Part shown: one piece after another, positions 1 to 9,407 of the stretch
How the letters are laid out: every line of letters begins with the position of its first letter
Position numbering within the stretch: position 1 is the first letter of the stretch
DNA from: Candidatus Omnitrophota bacterium
Lineage (GTDB): Bacteria > Omnitrophota > Gorgyraeia > Gygaellales > Profunditerraquicolaceae
Reading direction: 5' to 3'
Assembly: GCA_963805065.1 (NCBI GenBank)
Contig: CAWDSS010000010.1
Location: forward strand, 856,359-920,358
DNA length: 64,000 nt
Made by a program: the position numbers and the translations under genes
The notes under the pieces: generated by a model
Databases searched by the model: none
What the model saw: the letters and a program-made list of their open reading frames with translations, nothing else
What the model was told of the DNA's origin: nothing

Positions 1-1
1 T

Positions 2-766
2 TTAAAAGGAAAGGCTGCAATAGTTACGGGTGCCAGCCGCGGGATAGGTAAGGCATTAGCTTCCACTGCAGCCAGCCTGGGCATTAATTTAGCCATTGCC
101 GCCCGTCAGGAAGGCCCGTTAAAAGAAACAGCCGAAGAAATCAGCAAAAAGTATAAAGTTGAAATTCTGCCGGTTCCCTGCGATGTGACAAAATTATCTG
201 ATTTGGAAAACCTGGTGAATAAAACTAAGGAAAAATTCGGCAAAGTTGATATCCTGATTAATAATGCCGGAGTTTCCAGCCAGTATCCTTTTGAAAAACA
301 GCCCTTTGAAGATTTTGAAAGCCTGGTGCACACCAATTATCTTGGTTATGTTCGCCTGATACGTCTGGTTATCAATGATATGATACAAAATAAATCCGGG
401 GCAATCATCAATATGGTGTCCGGTTCAACGCTTTGCGATCCGCTGCCCAGGAATTTTTTGGTATATAGTTCTCTTAAGGTAGGATTACGTGCTTTTTCCA
501 AAGGCTTATTCTGGGAGATGCGCGACCACGGAATAAAGATTACTTCCATTCTTCCCGGGGTCACGGACACAGATTTAACCGGAAAGTTAAAAGAAATAAC
601 CCAAGACACATCCCGGCTGATGACCACAGAGGCAATTGAAAACGCGCTGAGATTTGCTTTGACAGTCCCTGCGAATGTCTGTCCTCTTGAAATTTCAGTA
701 ATTAATCAACAGACTCCCTGGACAGCGCCGGTTATTCCTTATAAACAAGAGCACTTAAAGAAATAA
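2..766 (+). CDS. short-chain dehydrogenase/reductase (SDR), 5' end cut by window edge
   Basis: Frame from nt 2 reads LKGKAAIVTGASRGIGKA (TGxxxGIG Rossmann motif) and continues into the 185..766 ORF, which has NNAG and a YSSLK-type active-site region. Confidence 0.8.
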   Translation, partial: LKGKAAIVTGASRGIGKALASTAASLGINLAIAARQEGPLKETAEEISKKYKVEILPVPCDVTKLSDLENLVNKTKEKFGKVDILINNAGVSSQYPFEKQPFEDFESLVHTNYLGYVRLIRLVINDMIQNKSGAIINMVSGSTLCDPLPRNFLVYSSLKVGLRAFSKGLFWEMRDHGIKITSILPGVTDTDLTGKLKEITQDTSRLMTTEAIENALRFALTVPANVCPLEISVINQQTPWTAPVIPYKQEHLKK

Positions 767-780
767 GATAAGGAGGAAAT

Positions 781-1395
781 ATGAAAATAACTAGCCTAGT
801 CATGGTGTTAGCTGTCAGCTGTCAGCTGTCAGCTGTCAGCTGTTTTGCGCAAAGCCAGCCTCTTTTAATTGATGACTTTGAAGGAACTATTTCCGGAGGG
901 CCTGAAGGCACCGTGGATTTCGGTGCAGGAAATGGTTCATCGGTAGATGTAACAGCAGCAACAGATATTCAGCATTCCGGCAAGCAATCCATAAAAGTAA
1001 CATTTGATGCGGTCTCAGGCGGATATATATGGATTGCCCGTGGCTTTGGCTTGGATGCAAAAAACACCGCCTGGTTAATTAAACCAGAAAATATTCCCTG
1101 GAAAGACTATAGTGCAATATCCTTTTATATGTACGGGAACGATTCCAAAACGAAAGTCGCCTTTGACATTAAGGACAACGGAAATGAGATATGGCGTTAT
1201 GTTACAGAGGATAATTTTAAGGGCTGGAAGCAGATAGTTTGTCCGTTTAAAGATTTTGTTGTCCGTGATGACTGGCAGCCGGACAGCGCTGATAAAAATG
1301 CAGTATTAGATTTTCCTTTAAAAAGTTATCAATTTGAACCCAGGCCAGCAGCAAAAGGCACGCTTTACTTTGACCAGGTAGAATTAATAAAATGA
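781..1395 (+). CDS. secreted beta-sandwich protein (CIA30/CBM11-like carbohydrate-binding fold)
   Basis: SD AAGGAGG 6 nt upstream. N-terminal signal peptide ends CFA-Q. DDFEG...YFDQVEL pattern resembles CIA30/CBM-type domains. Confidence 0.5.
   Translation: MKITSLVMVLAVSCQLSAVSCFAQSQPLLIDDFEGTISGGPEGTVDFGAGNGSSVDVTAATDIQHSGKQSIKVTFDAVSGGYIWIARGFGLDAKNTAWLIKPENIPWKDYSAISFYMYGNDSKTKVAFDIKDNGNEIWRYVTEDNFKGWKQIVCPFKDFVVRDDWQPDSADKNAVLDFPLKSYQFEPRPAAKGTLYFDQVELIK
811..843 (+). repeat. (GCTGTCA)x4.7 perfect tandem heptamer array inside the signal-peptide coding region
   Basis: gctgtca repeated 4 times plus gctgt, read directly. Encodes AVSCQLSAVSC. Confidence 0.95.
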
Positions 1396-1793
1396 ATATG
1401 GAAAAAAACGACTCCAAGGACCTAAAAAAACGCTATCTTATCTGGTTGTATAAGACTGCCAAAGAAGCATGGGATAGAATCGAGCGTAAATTTACGCAGC
1501 TGGATATTGATAAACGCATGCTTAAAGAGCTGAAGAAGCTGGATAAGAACAGAAAATCCGCAAAGTTTATCGACGAGTTTGAGGCTTATATCAAAAGCAA
1601 GGAGATTGAAGGTCTGACCCTTAAATACGAGAATAACGATCTTAAGGCTGATTATAATTTCCTGGCCTTGAAATTAAAAGCCGTGGAAAAAGCAATACTT
1701 AAGGAATTCGGCAACAAGGGCCTGCAGGAGATAAAATCCCTGTATGAAAAAGAAATGGTTGAGCGTATCTTAAAAAGCACAGAGGTAAAATGA
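1392..1793 (+). CDS. hypothetical Lys/Glu-rich, probably coiled-coil protein
   Basis: ORF with ATGA overlaps to both neighbours (translational coupling). No recognisable motif. Confidence 0.5.
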   Translation: MNMEKNDSKDLKKRYLIWLYKTAKEAWDRIERKFTQLDIDKRMLKELKKLDKNRKSAKFIDEFEAYIKSKEIEGLTLKYENNDLKADYNFLALKLKAVEKAILKEFGNKGLQEIKSLYEKEMVERILKSTEVK

Positions 1794-2698
1794 TTATTGA
1801 CGCGCATAGCCATTGGCTGCCGCAGAAAATCATTAATAACGCCCATTTTTTCTCCCATGCCTGGGGAGATATCGAGACCCAGCTAAAAATGATGCATGAG
1901 GCAGGTATTGCAAAGGCGGTATTAAGTTATCCCACAACCGATGCCCATCTTAAACTTGGCAGCATAAGCGAAGTAGCGCAAATATTCAATGACAACATCG
2001 CAGGAATTATTAAGAAGTATCCGGATAAATTTATTGGCGCTGCGATACTACCCATAGATGACTCATCCGATATGCTGGATGAGATTAAAAGAACTACGCA
2101 GGAGTTGGGTTTTAAGGCAATTTCTTTAGCTAGCAGTTATAACGGAAGATATCTTGACGACAAAATGTTTCTGCCTGTGTATGACAAGGCAAGAAAAGAG
2201 AATATTCCGATTTTTGTGCATGCGCAGATAGTTAACCCCATAGGGTTTGAGCGGGTAAATGATCCCTTGCTTACTCCGGTAATCGAATATACCTTTGATA
2301 CTACGATTTGTATTGGGAAACTCCTCATGGCCGATATCTTGCGTGAATACAGGGAAGTTAAATTCATCTTCGCGCACTTTGGAGGAGCGATTGGTTTTCT
2401 GCAGCACCGTTTTGATGCCACTTATCAGATGTTAAGAGGGATAAATTTCGTAAAAGACCTACAAGCTGATCCTTCAGAGTATCTGAAGAATATTTATGTT
2501 GATACTGGTGGTGATAAGGTAAAAACAAATTTCCTTTTAGCCTTGGAATTATTAGGGCCAAAGCATGTATTGTGGGGCAGCGACTGGCCGGCGAAAAGAG
2601 ATATTACAGGCGCGATTCAGGCGGTTACAGATTTGGCTATTCCCCAGGAAGACAAAGAAGGCATTTTGGGAGGAAATTTAAACAGGATATTCAGCTAA
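1790..2698 (+). CDS. amidohydrolase-2 family metal-dependent hydrolase/decarboxylase
   Basis: N-terminal IDAHSHW metal-binding motif, internal HAxxG and WGSDWP-type motifs typical of PF04909-like TIM-barrel hydrolases. Confidence 0.65.
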   Translation: MIIDAHSHWLPQKIINNAHFFSHAWGDIETQLKMMHEAGIAKAVLSYPTTDAHLKLGSISEVAQIFNDNIAGIIKKYPDKFIGAAILPIDDSSDMLDEIKRTTQELGFKAISLASSYNGRYLDDKMFLPVYDKARKENIPIFVHAQIVNPIGFERVNDPLLTPVIEYTFDTTICIGKLLMADILREYREVKFIFAHFGGAIGFLQHRFDATYQMLRGINFVKDLQADPSEYLKNIYVDTGGDKVKTNFLLALELLGPKHVLWGSDWPAKRDITGAIQAVTDLAIPQEDKEGILGGNLNRIFS

Positions 2699-2710
2699 GG
2701 AGAAAATAAA

Positions 2711-3460
2711 ATGCAGATGAAAAAAGAAATTCACCTGACGGGAAAAGACTTAACTGAGATGGTGCAGCTAAGGCCGCAGGATGTGGGAAAATACGCAATA
2801 GTTCCCGGCCCAAAAGACAGGCTGGAGGTATTGATAAAAAAATTAGAAAATCCCGCAAGGAATTTTTCTTTTATGGAATATACCATGTATACAGGTAATC
2901 TTGATGGCATAAAAATCACTGCCATAAACGGGGGAAGGTTTTCTACAGACACCTCTATTACTGCAGAAGTTATGTGTAATGCAGGAATCCCCAATATTAT
3001 CCGCATTGGTACCTGTGGCGCGTTGGATGAAAATATAAAAGTCGGAGATTTGGTTGTCGTAGATAAAGTTATTCGTGGCGACGGAGTAACTCCTTATTAT
3101 GTAGATAAGAATTTTCAAACTGTTTCCGACAAGAAAATTAGCGACACCATGTATGAAGTTGCCAAGAGCCTGGGTTTGAATATTCATCGCGGGACAGTCT
3201 GGACAACCGATGCCTTGCTTCGTGAAACCAGAGACGTAGTAGAAGCCAAACGCAAAGAAGGTGCGATTGCAGTGGACATGGTTTCTTCAGCGATCTTAAC
3301 CATTGCGCAAGTTTATAAAATCAAAGCCGGCTCAATCCTCTCAGTCAGTGATAATGTAATAACCGGAGAAATGGGTTTTATGAACCCCGCGTATTACATG
3401 GCTGAATCAAACCTGATTAAAATAGCTTTGGAGACGGTAAAAAAATTAGAAGGCAAATAA
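2711..3460 (+). CDS. nucleoside phosphorylase (PNP/UDP-1 family; candidate 5'-deoxyadenosine/MTA phosphorylase)
   Basis: IRIGTCGAL and TTDA..RET motifs of the PNP_UDP_1 family. Sits directly upstream of the MtnA-like isomerase. Confidence 0.7.
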   Translation: MQMKKEIHLTGKDLTEMVQLRPQDVGKYAIVPGPKDRLEVLIKKLENPARNFSFMEYTMYTGNLDGIKITAINGGRFSTDTSITAEVMCNAGIPNIIRIGTCGALDENIKVGDLVVVDKVIRGDGVTPYYVDKNFQTVSDKKISDTMYEVAKSLGLNIHRGTVWTTDALLRETRDVVEAKRKEGAIAVDMVSSAILTIAQVYKIKAGSILSVSDNVITGEMGFMNPAYYMAESNLIKIALETVKKLEGK

Positions 3461-4374
3461 TGAAATTTTCACCACTCTTTTGGCCCATTCAATTAAAAGC
3501 CAATACCATCTACATACTTGATGAAACAGCCCTGCCGCAAAAGCTAAAACCTATAAAGGCGAAAAATTACCTGCAAGCCTGTAAGGCAATAAAACAGATG
3601 AAAACCCGCGCAGTAGGCCAGGTATTATTGGTAATGTATACATTTATTTTAGCCAATAGGGAGGGTGAGGATTTAAATAAAGTCGCCCGGGCAATTAATG
3701 CAGCCAGGCCGACTTTGTCTTTTAAATTTTTAACAGACATGGTTTTAGGCTGGGCTAAAAAAGGAGTCCCCTTAGAAAAAAGTATTCTGGGTTTCTTAGA
3801 AATGTTAAAACACAAGCGCATCCAGCAGGCAGAAGCCGTAGCTAAATTAATCAAGCATAAAGATGTAATACTTACGCATTGTAATGTCAGCGGGCTCATG
3901 CCTTTAATTGCTGAATTTTGTAAGAAACAGGGTAAGAGCGTAAGTTTTTTTGTTACGGAAACCAGGCCGTATTTACAAGGTTCCCGCTTAAGCGCCTGGG
4001 AATTAAACAGGGGAGGATTCGATGTGACCATAATTACCGATAATATGGCAGCTTGTGTTATGTCGCAAGGTAAAATCAATAAAGTTATCGTCGGCGCAGA
4101 CAATTTAGCCCAAAACGGGGATTTCGCCAATAAAATCGGCACTTATCAGATTGCGCTTTTGGCAAGACATTTTAAAATACCTTTTTATGTGCTCTGCCCG
4201 CCGGCTTCCAGTGCTAAGACAGGCAAAGATATTAAAATAGAAATCAGGCCTGACAAGGAATTATTGGAGTTTGCAGGAGTGCGTTTAGCGCCTGCCGGAG
4301 CAAAGGCGTATTACCCGGCTTTTGATGTAACGCCGGCAAGATTAGTTACTAAACATATTTATCTTGAGGTTTAA
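3460..4374 (+). CDS. mtnA: (methylthio/deoxy)ribose-1-phosphate isomerase, eIF-2B alpha/beta/delta family
   Basis: VGADNLAQNGDFANKIGTYQIALLARHFKIPFYV and PAFDVTPARLVT match the MtnA/eIF2B signature region. Confidence 0.75.
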   Translation: MKFSPLFWPIQLKANTIYILDETALPQKLKPIKAKNYLQACKAIKQMKTRAVGQVLLVMYTFILANREGEDLNKVARAINAARPTLSFKFLTDMVLGWAKKGVPLEKSILGFLEMLKHKRIQQAEAVAKLIKHKDVILTHCNVSGLMPLIAEFCKKQGKSVSFFVTETRPYLQGSRLSAWELNRGGFDVTIITDNMAACVMSQGKINKVIVGADNLAQNGDFANKIGTYQIALLARHFKIPFYVLCPPASSAKTGKDIKIEIRPDKELLEFAGVRLAPAGAKAYYPAFDVTPARLVTKHIYLEV

Positions 4375-4376
4375 AT

Positions 4377-5375
4377 ATGGCTGACCAGGAAAAAATTCTC
4401 AAAGACCAGATTATTAATGTGGGACGCAGGCTTTATGATACAGGCTTGGCAGTAGCCAGGTCAGGCAATATTAGCGCAAGGCTGGATAGTGATAATATTC
4501 TTATCACAGCCACAGGAACATTCCTGGGAGATTTAAAATACGAGGATATCGTAAAAGTAAATTTAGCCACCAATAAAGCAGAATTAGGTAAACCCAGTTC
4601 TGAATTGCCGTTACACGCCCTGATTTACAAAAACTTATCTGCCAAAACAATCATTCATTGCCATCCGCCTTTAATCAACGGGTATTTTGCGGTAAATTCT
4701 TCACTTAAGGCCCTGACTTTTGAAACAAAATTTTATTTAGGAGAAGTACCAGTAATAGAGCAGGATACTCCTACCGTAACCAAGCCGGAATTGGTAATCA
4801 GTGCTTTAAAAACCAATAACCTGGCAGTCTTAAAGAATCACGGAGCAGTTGCCATAGCAGATAAATTTGAAGAGGGATTAAGTTTAGTCGAGGCATTAGA
4901 AGAAGCAGTCAAGACTGCTGCAGTAGCAAGGTTATTTAAGAAAGAAATCCTTGATGATTTGGACAAAGCCCTGAAAGATAATCTTACTAAGGATGAAGTT
5001 GCATATCCTATGTTTTCTAAAGAACATATCCAGGCGATTGTAGATTTGGTAAACCAGGATGAACTTATTGCGCAAAAAGGAAAAGAGCTGGATTTGACCC
5101 TAAAGCTGGCAATTAAACTCGATGAAGAAAACAAGTCTTATAAATTTAATTTTGAAAAGGGTAGGATAGTAAAGCTTGAGCTTGATGATAACGCGCCTTT
5201 TGTAATTTCTGCTCCTAAAGCAGTATGGGAACAGGTATTCCTGGGGAAACTGGATTCTTTTGTAGCTGTAACCCAGGGCAAGATGAAATTGCAGGGCCAA
5301 TTAGGCCAGCTTTCCAAATGGTACGTGCCATTTACTCGGCTTTTTGAATTATTCAAACAGGTTAAATTCCGATGA
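4377..5375 (+). CDS. class II aldolase/adducin-family enzyme (MtnB/Ald2-like) fused to a C-terminal SCP2-like domain
   Basis: N-terminal SGNISAR...ITATG...ELPLHALIY...HCHPP class II aldolase motifs. C-terminal ~100 aa end in VTQGKMKLQGQLGQLSKW, which is SCP2-like. Confidence 0.65.
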   Translation: MADQEKILKDQIINVGRRLYDTGLAVARSGNISARLDSDNILITATGTFLGDLKYEDIVKVNLATNKAELGKPSSELPLHALIYKNLSAKTIIHCHPPLINGYFAVNSSLKALTFETKFYLGEVPVIEQDTPTVTKPELVISALKTNNLAVLKNHGAVAIADKFEEGLSLVEALEEAVKTAAVARLFKKEILDDLDKALKDNLTKDEVAYPMFSKEHIQAIVDLVNQDELIAQKGKELDLTLKLAIKLDEENKSYKFNFEKGRIVKLELDDNAPFVISAPKAVWEQVFLGKLDSFVAVTQGKMKLQGQLGQLSKWYVPFTRLFELFKQVKFR

Positions 5376-6814
5376 GACAGCATAGTAAAATAATTAATCC
5401 CTCCAATGGAGAAGTTATAACTGAAGTTGCACTTGCTTCCAGCCAGGACGTAGAAGAGGCAATCAGCATGGCTCGTGATGCCTTTGATAACGGCCCTTGG
5501 AGCCGTATTTCTCTGGATGAGCGCAAAAATTATCTTTTAAAGATTAACCAGGGCATACTTGAGAAAGCAGGAGAGCTGGCGCGCCTCGAAACTCTTAATA
5601 CCGGAAAACCCATTAAAGAATCTACTTTTATGGATATTCCCTCGGCGGCCAAAACTTTTGAAGTTATTGCCCATAACTTCCAGAAATATTTGGTCGAAGA
5701 AAATCCCGTATTGGAAGCTGAAGCCGAGGCTAAACTAATCAGAGAGCCAAGAGGGGTTGTGGTTTTGATAGTCCCCTGGAACTATCCTTTATTAATTGCC
5801 TGCTGGAAATTAGCCTCTAGCTTAGCTGCTGGTAATACGGTTATTCTAAAGCCTTCCAGCCTAACTCCCTTGACTGCGTTAGAATTGGCAAAGATTATTG
5901 ACGCAGCTGGTTTACCAAAGGGTGCGGTTAATGTAATTAACGGGAGCGGAGAAACAATAGGCAAGCAATTATGTTCTGACAAGCGCCTGGATTTGATTTC
6001 TTTTACCGGTAGCAATGCAGTCGGTAAAAAGATTATAGGCTATACCTGCGAGAACGTTAAAAAGCTGATTATGGAATTAGGCGGCAAGTCTGCTTCCATA
6101 GTCTTAAAAGATGCAGATTTAGAGCTGGCTGTAAATGGTTCTTTATGCTCGACATTCTTAAATCAGGGGCAGATGTGCACTGCCATGTCGCGCATTTTTA
6201 TAGAAGATAAGATTTATGATAATTTTGTTAATGATTTTGTGAAAAAAACAAAATCTATAAAGTTGGGGCAGAGTCAGGAGCACGAAACGCAGATGGGCCC
6301 GTTAATTTCCCAGGCCCAGCGTAACAAAGTAATGGCTTATGTCCAGCAAGCTAAAAAAGAGGGAGCGAAATTGTTATGTGGCGGCAAGATCCCCGATAAT
6401 AAAGAATTAAAAAACGGATTTTTCTTTGAACCGACTATTCTTGCAGGTGTTACTCCTGTAATGACTATTTTCAGGGAAGAAGTTTTTGGCCCGGTAGTTT
6501 GCCTGAATAAATTCTCCGGCATAGATGAAGCGCTAAATTTAGCTAATACCAGCGATTTTGCCTTGGCCTGCTCTATCTGGACAAAAAATGAAACTGAAAC
6601 CTTGAGCCTGGCAAAAAAAATCAATGCCGGGATAATCTGGATTAATACTTACGGGATGTTTTATGACCAAGCCCCTTATGGAGGGTTTAAGCAAAGCGGA
6701 TTCGGCAAAGAATTAGGCAAAGAAGGTTTTCTGGAATATACGCGCCTTAAAAATATAATAATAGATAAACTCAAGGATTCTAAGCCCCTGGTAAATTATT
6801 GGTACGGCTTCTAA
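5372..6814 (+). CDS. NAD(P)-dependent aldehyde dehydrogenase
   Basis: ELGGKSA and NQGQMCTA (catalytic Cys) motifs; 480 aa. Confidence 0.85.
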   Translation: MRQHSKIINPSNGEVITEVALASSQDVEEAISMARDAFDNGPWSRISLDERKNYLLKINQGILEKAGELARLETLNTGKPIKESTFMDIPSAAKTFEVIAHNFQKYLVEENPVLEAEAEAKLIREPRGVVVLIVPWNYPLLIACWKLASSLAAGNTVILKPSSLTPLTALELAKIIDAAGLPKGAVNVINGSGETIGKQLCSDKRLDLISFTGSNAVGKKIIGYTCENVKKLIMELGGKSASIVLKDADLELAVNGSLCSTFLNQGQMCTAMSRIFIEDKIYDNFVNDFVKKTKSIKLGQSQEHETQMGPLISQAQRNKVMAYVQQAKKEGAKLLCGGKIPDNKELKNGFFFEPTILAGVTPVMTIFREEVFGPVVCLNKFSGIDEALNLANTSDFALACSIWTKNETETLSLAKKINAGIIWINTYGMFYDQAPYGGFKQSGFGKELGKEGFLEYTRLKNIIIDKLKDSKPLVNYWYGF

Positions 6815-6818
6815 AAAT

Positions 6819-8324
6819 ATGAACGTTGCCAGCATTTTAGAGACAAAAGCAAAGGCACTCTCTGGTAAGCCCGCCATAATCTTTAAAGACCAGGCTATCA
6901 GCTTCGGGCAATTAAAAGAATATGCATTCAAGCTGGCAGACAGCCTTATAAAACTTGGGCTAAAAAAAGGCGATAAGGTAGCAATATACCTGCCCAATTG
7001 GCCGGAGTATATTTACAGCTATTTAGCTATCTGGTGCTGCGGTGCGACTGCAGTGCCGTTGGATTTCATGCTTACCGACGATGAATTAATGTCCTGTATT
7101 TCCCACTCCGAAGCAAAAATACTTATTGCAAAGCATAAAGCTACACTTTCCTTGCCAAAAATTAAACAAAATTGCCCTCATTTAGAAAAGATTATCTTAT
7201 GTCATGAAATTCAGGAAGGTTGCCAAAGTTTTGAGCAATTAATTGAAAAAGGGAACCCCAAAAATCCGGGAATTAAAATCCAGGATAAGGATTATGCGAT
7301 AATTTTCTACACCTCAGGCACTACTGGTAAGCCTAAGGGCGTACTTATTAACTATCTGCAATTAGATGCTCCGCCCAAGTCTATGGAGTTTTTTGTAGAC
7401 TTGAATTCCTCCGACATTACCTTATGCGCTTTGCCATTTTCTCATTTAGGCGGGCTTATTTACATTCAGAACTGTATTGCTTACGGCTTAACCATTGTTT
7501 TAATGGAACGTTTTATGCCTCTTGAATTCCTGAAAAACATTGAAACTTATAAAATAACCTGTTTCTGGATAGTCCCTTCCATGTATTATGCAGTTTTACA
7601 GTTAAAGGAGTTTGAAAGCTTTGATTTGTCGAGTTTGCGCTGGATTGTCACATTTGGAGCATCCAATTCTCCTGATGCCTTAAGAAGATTCCTGCAATTT
7701 TGCCCTAAGGCGCATCTTTTAAACGGCTGGGGCCTCACAGAGACTAATGCGCCCACCACGGTTTTACCTATGGGCTCAAAAAAAATAGAGAGCGTAGGCA
7801 GGCCTGCTCCCTGGATTGAGGTAAAGATATTTGACGATGCTGATAAAGAGGTAGTGAAAGGAAACATGGGAGAAGTGGTAGTAAAAAGCTGGGTGGTTAC
7901 CGATGGATATTACAAAGACACTGTATTAACTCAAGAGGTTTTGTGCAATGGCTATTTTCATACCGGAGATTTAGGCAGGTTTGACAGCGACGGCCATTTA
8001 TATATCGTGGGCAGGAAAAAAGAAATGATCAAGGTGGGTGGTGAAATTGTTTTTGAGCCGGAAGTAGAATCCGTAATCCATAAACATCCTGATGTCGCAG
8101 AAGTAGCTGTTGTGGGTGTGCCTGATAAATTAAGAGGAGAGGTGCCTAAGGCGTTTATAGTTTTTAAAGAAAATAAAAGTATCCCGGAAGAAGATTTACG
8201 TTTTTTCCTGCGCCAGCATTTAGCGCATTTTAAAATTCCCCATTATTTTGAGTTTAGAAGCTCACTCCCTAAGAACCGCATAGGCAAGATAGACAAAGAG
8301 TCCCTAAGGAGGGACACCCTGTAA
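6819..8324 (+). CDS. AMP-forming acyl-CoA synthetase/ligase
   Basis: YTSGTTGKPKGV (AMP-binding P-loop), TGD and GRKKEMIKVGG motifs. Confidence 0.85.
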   Translation: MNVASILETKAKALSGKPAIIFKDQAISFGQLKEYAFKLADSLIKLGLKKGDKVAIYLPNWPEYIYSYLAIWCCGATAVPLDFMLTDDELMSCISHSEAKILIAKHKATLSLPKIKQNCPHLEKIILCHEIQEGCQSFEQLIEKGNPKNPGIKIQDKDYAIIFYTSGTTGKPKGVLINYLQLDAPPKSMEFFVDLNSSDITLCALPFSHLGGLIYIQNCIAYGLTIVLMERFMPLEFLKNIETYKITCFWIVPSMYYAVLQLKEFESFDLSSLRWIVTFGASNSPDALRRFLQFCPKAHLLNGWGLTETNAPTTVLPMGSKKIESVGRPAPWIEVKIFDDADKEVVKGNMGEVVVKSWVVTDGYYKDTVLTQEVLCNGYFHTGDLGRFDSDGHLYIVGRKKEMIKVGGEIVFEPEVESVIHKHPDVAEVAVVGVPDKLRGEVPKAFIVFKENKSIPEEDLRFFLRQHLAHFKIPHYFEFRSSLPKNRIGKIDKESLRRDTL

Positions 8325-8367
8325 TTCAATCGAGGGACACCCTGTAATTCAAAGCTAAGGGTGTCCC
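8309..8367 (+). repeat. 21-nt direct duplication (GAGGGACACCCTGTAATTCAA x2, 23-nt period) followed by the complementary arm GGGTGTCCC
   Basis: Read directly. Copy 1 contains the acyl-CoA ligase stop codon. Either GGGACACCC copy can pair with GGGTGTCCC (8359..8367). Confidence 0.9.
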
Positions 8368-8381
8368 CATTTATCTTAAAA

Positions 8382-9407
8382 ATGCAAGATATCAAAGAAT
8401 TATCTTTAAAACAATTAGAGAATGTAATTAAGGACTGGGGAAAGCCTGCTTTCCATGCCAGGCAGATATTTGCCTGGATTTATAAAAAAGGCATACAGGA
8501 TTTTAACGAAATGAAAGACTTGCCTTTGGATTTACGAAAACAATTAAAAGATAAATTTAATTTATCTACCTTAAAGTTAATTGAATCCACGCGATCCAGG
8601 GATGGAACAGAAAAGCTGCTTTTGGAATTACCGGACAAAAACCTTATTGAAAGCGTGATTATCCCTGCCGAAGAGCGGGTAACTGGCTGCGTTTCTACTC
8701 AGGCAGGATGTAAATTTGGCTGTTTATTCTGCGCCAGCGGGTTGTCGGGTTTTAAAAGAAACCTGACTACGGCGGAGATAATTGAACAAGCCTTATATTT
8801 AAAGCATAAATCCGCAAATAAACTCACCCACCTGGTATTTATGGGCATGGGAGAGCCGTTGGATAATTACGACAATGTAATCCAGGCAATCCGCACTATA
8901 AATTCTCCCGAAGGCCTGCACATTGGAGCAAGGAGGATAACAGTTTCTACCTGCGGTGTTGTTGCGGGTATAAAAAGATTAGCGCAAGAAGGCCTACAGA
9001 TAGAGCTATCTGTTTCTTTGCATGCCGCAGACGATAAAACCAGGAATCAGATTATGCCGGTTAATAAAAAATATCCCCTTAAAGAACTGATATCAGCCTG
9101 CAGGCAATATTTTAAACAAACAAATCGCCAGGTCACTTTCGAGTACATTTTAATTAAGGGAGTAAATTCTGATTTGCAAAGCGCCAAAAATTTAAGTAAA
9201 ATATTAACAGGCTTGAATTGCAAAATAAACCTCATTCCTTCTAATGCTGTGCCTGAATGCAGGATTGAGCCGCCGAATAAAATGGATATATTGTTGTTTA
9301 AGGATTATCTTGTAAAGCAGAGAGTAAATGTTACTCTCAGGAAGCCGCGCGGCCAGGATATCGAAGCTGCCTGTGGGCAATTGAGGTTAAGATATGTGGA
9401 TAAATAG
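8382..9407 (+). CDS. rlmN: 23S rRNA/tRNA (adenine-C2)-methyltransferase RlmN (radical SAM)
   Basis: FHARQIFAWIY N-terminus, CxxxCxxC cluster (CKFGCLFC), GMGEPL and C-terminal ACGQL. ATG 8382 is preferred; a GTG at 8361 is the alternative start. Confidence 0.85.
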   Translation: MQDIKELSLKQLENVIKDWGKPAFHARQIFAWIYKKGIQDFNEMKDLPLDLRKQLKDKFNLSTLKLIESTRSRDGTEKLLLELPDKNLIESVIIPAEERVTGCVSTQAGCKFGCLFCASGLSGFKRNLTTAEIIEQALYLKHKSANKLTHLVFMGMGEPLDNYDNVIQAIRTINSPEGLHIGARRITVSTCGVVAGIKRLAQEGLQIELSVSLHAADDKTRNQIMPVNKKYPLKELISACRQYFKQTNRQVTFEYILIKGVNSDLQSAKNLSKILTGLNCKINLIPSNAVPECRIEPPNKMDILLFKDYLVKQRVNVTLRKPRGQDIEAACGQLRLRYVDK

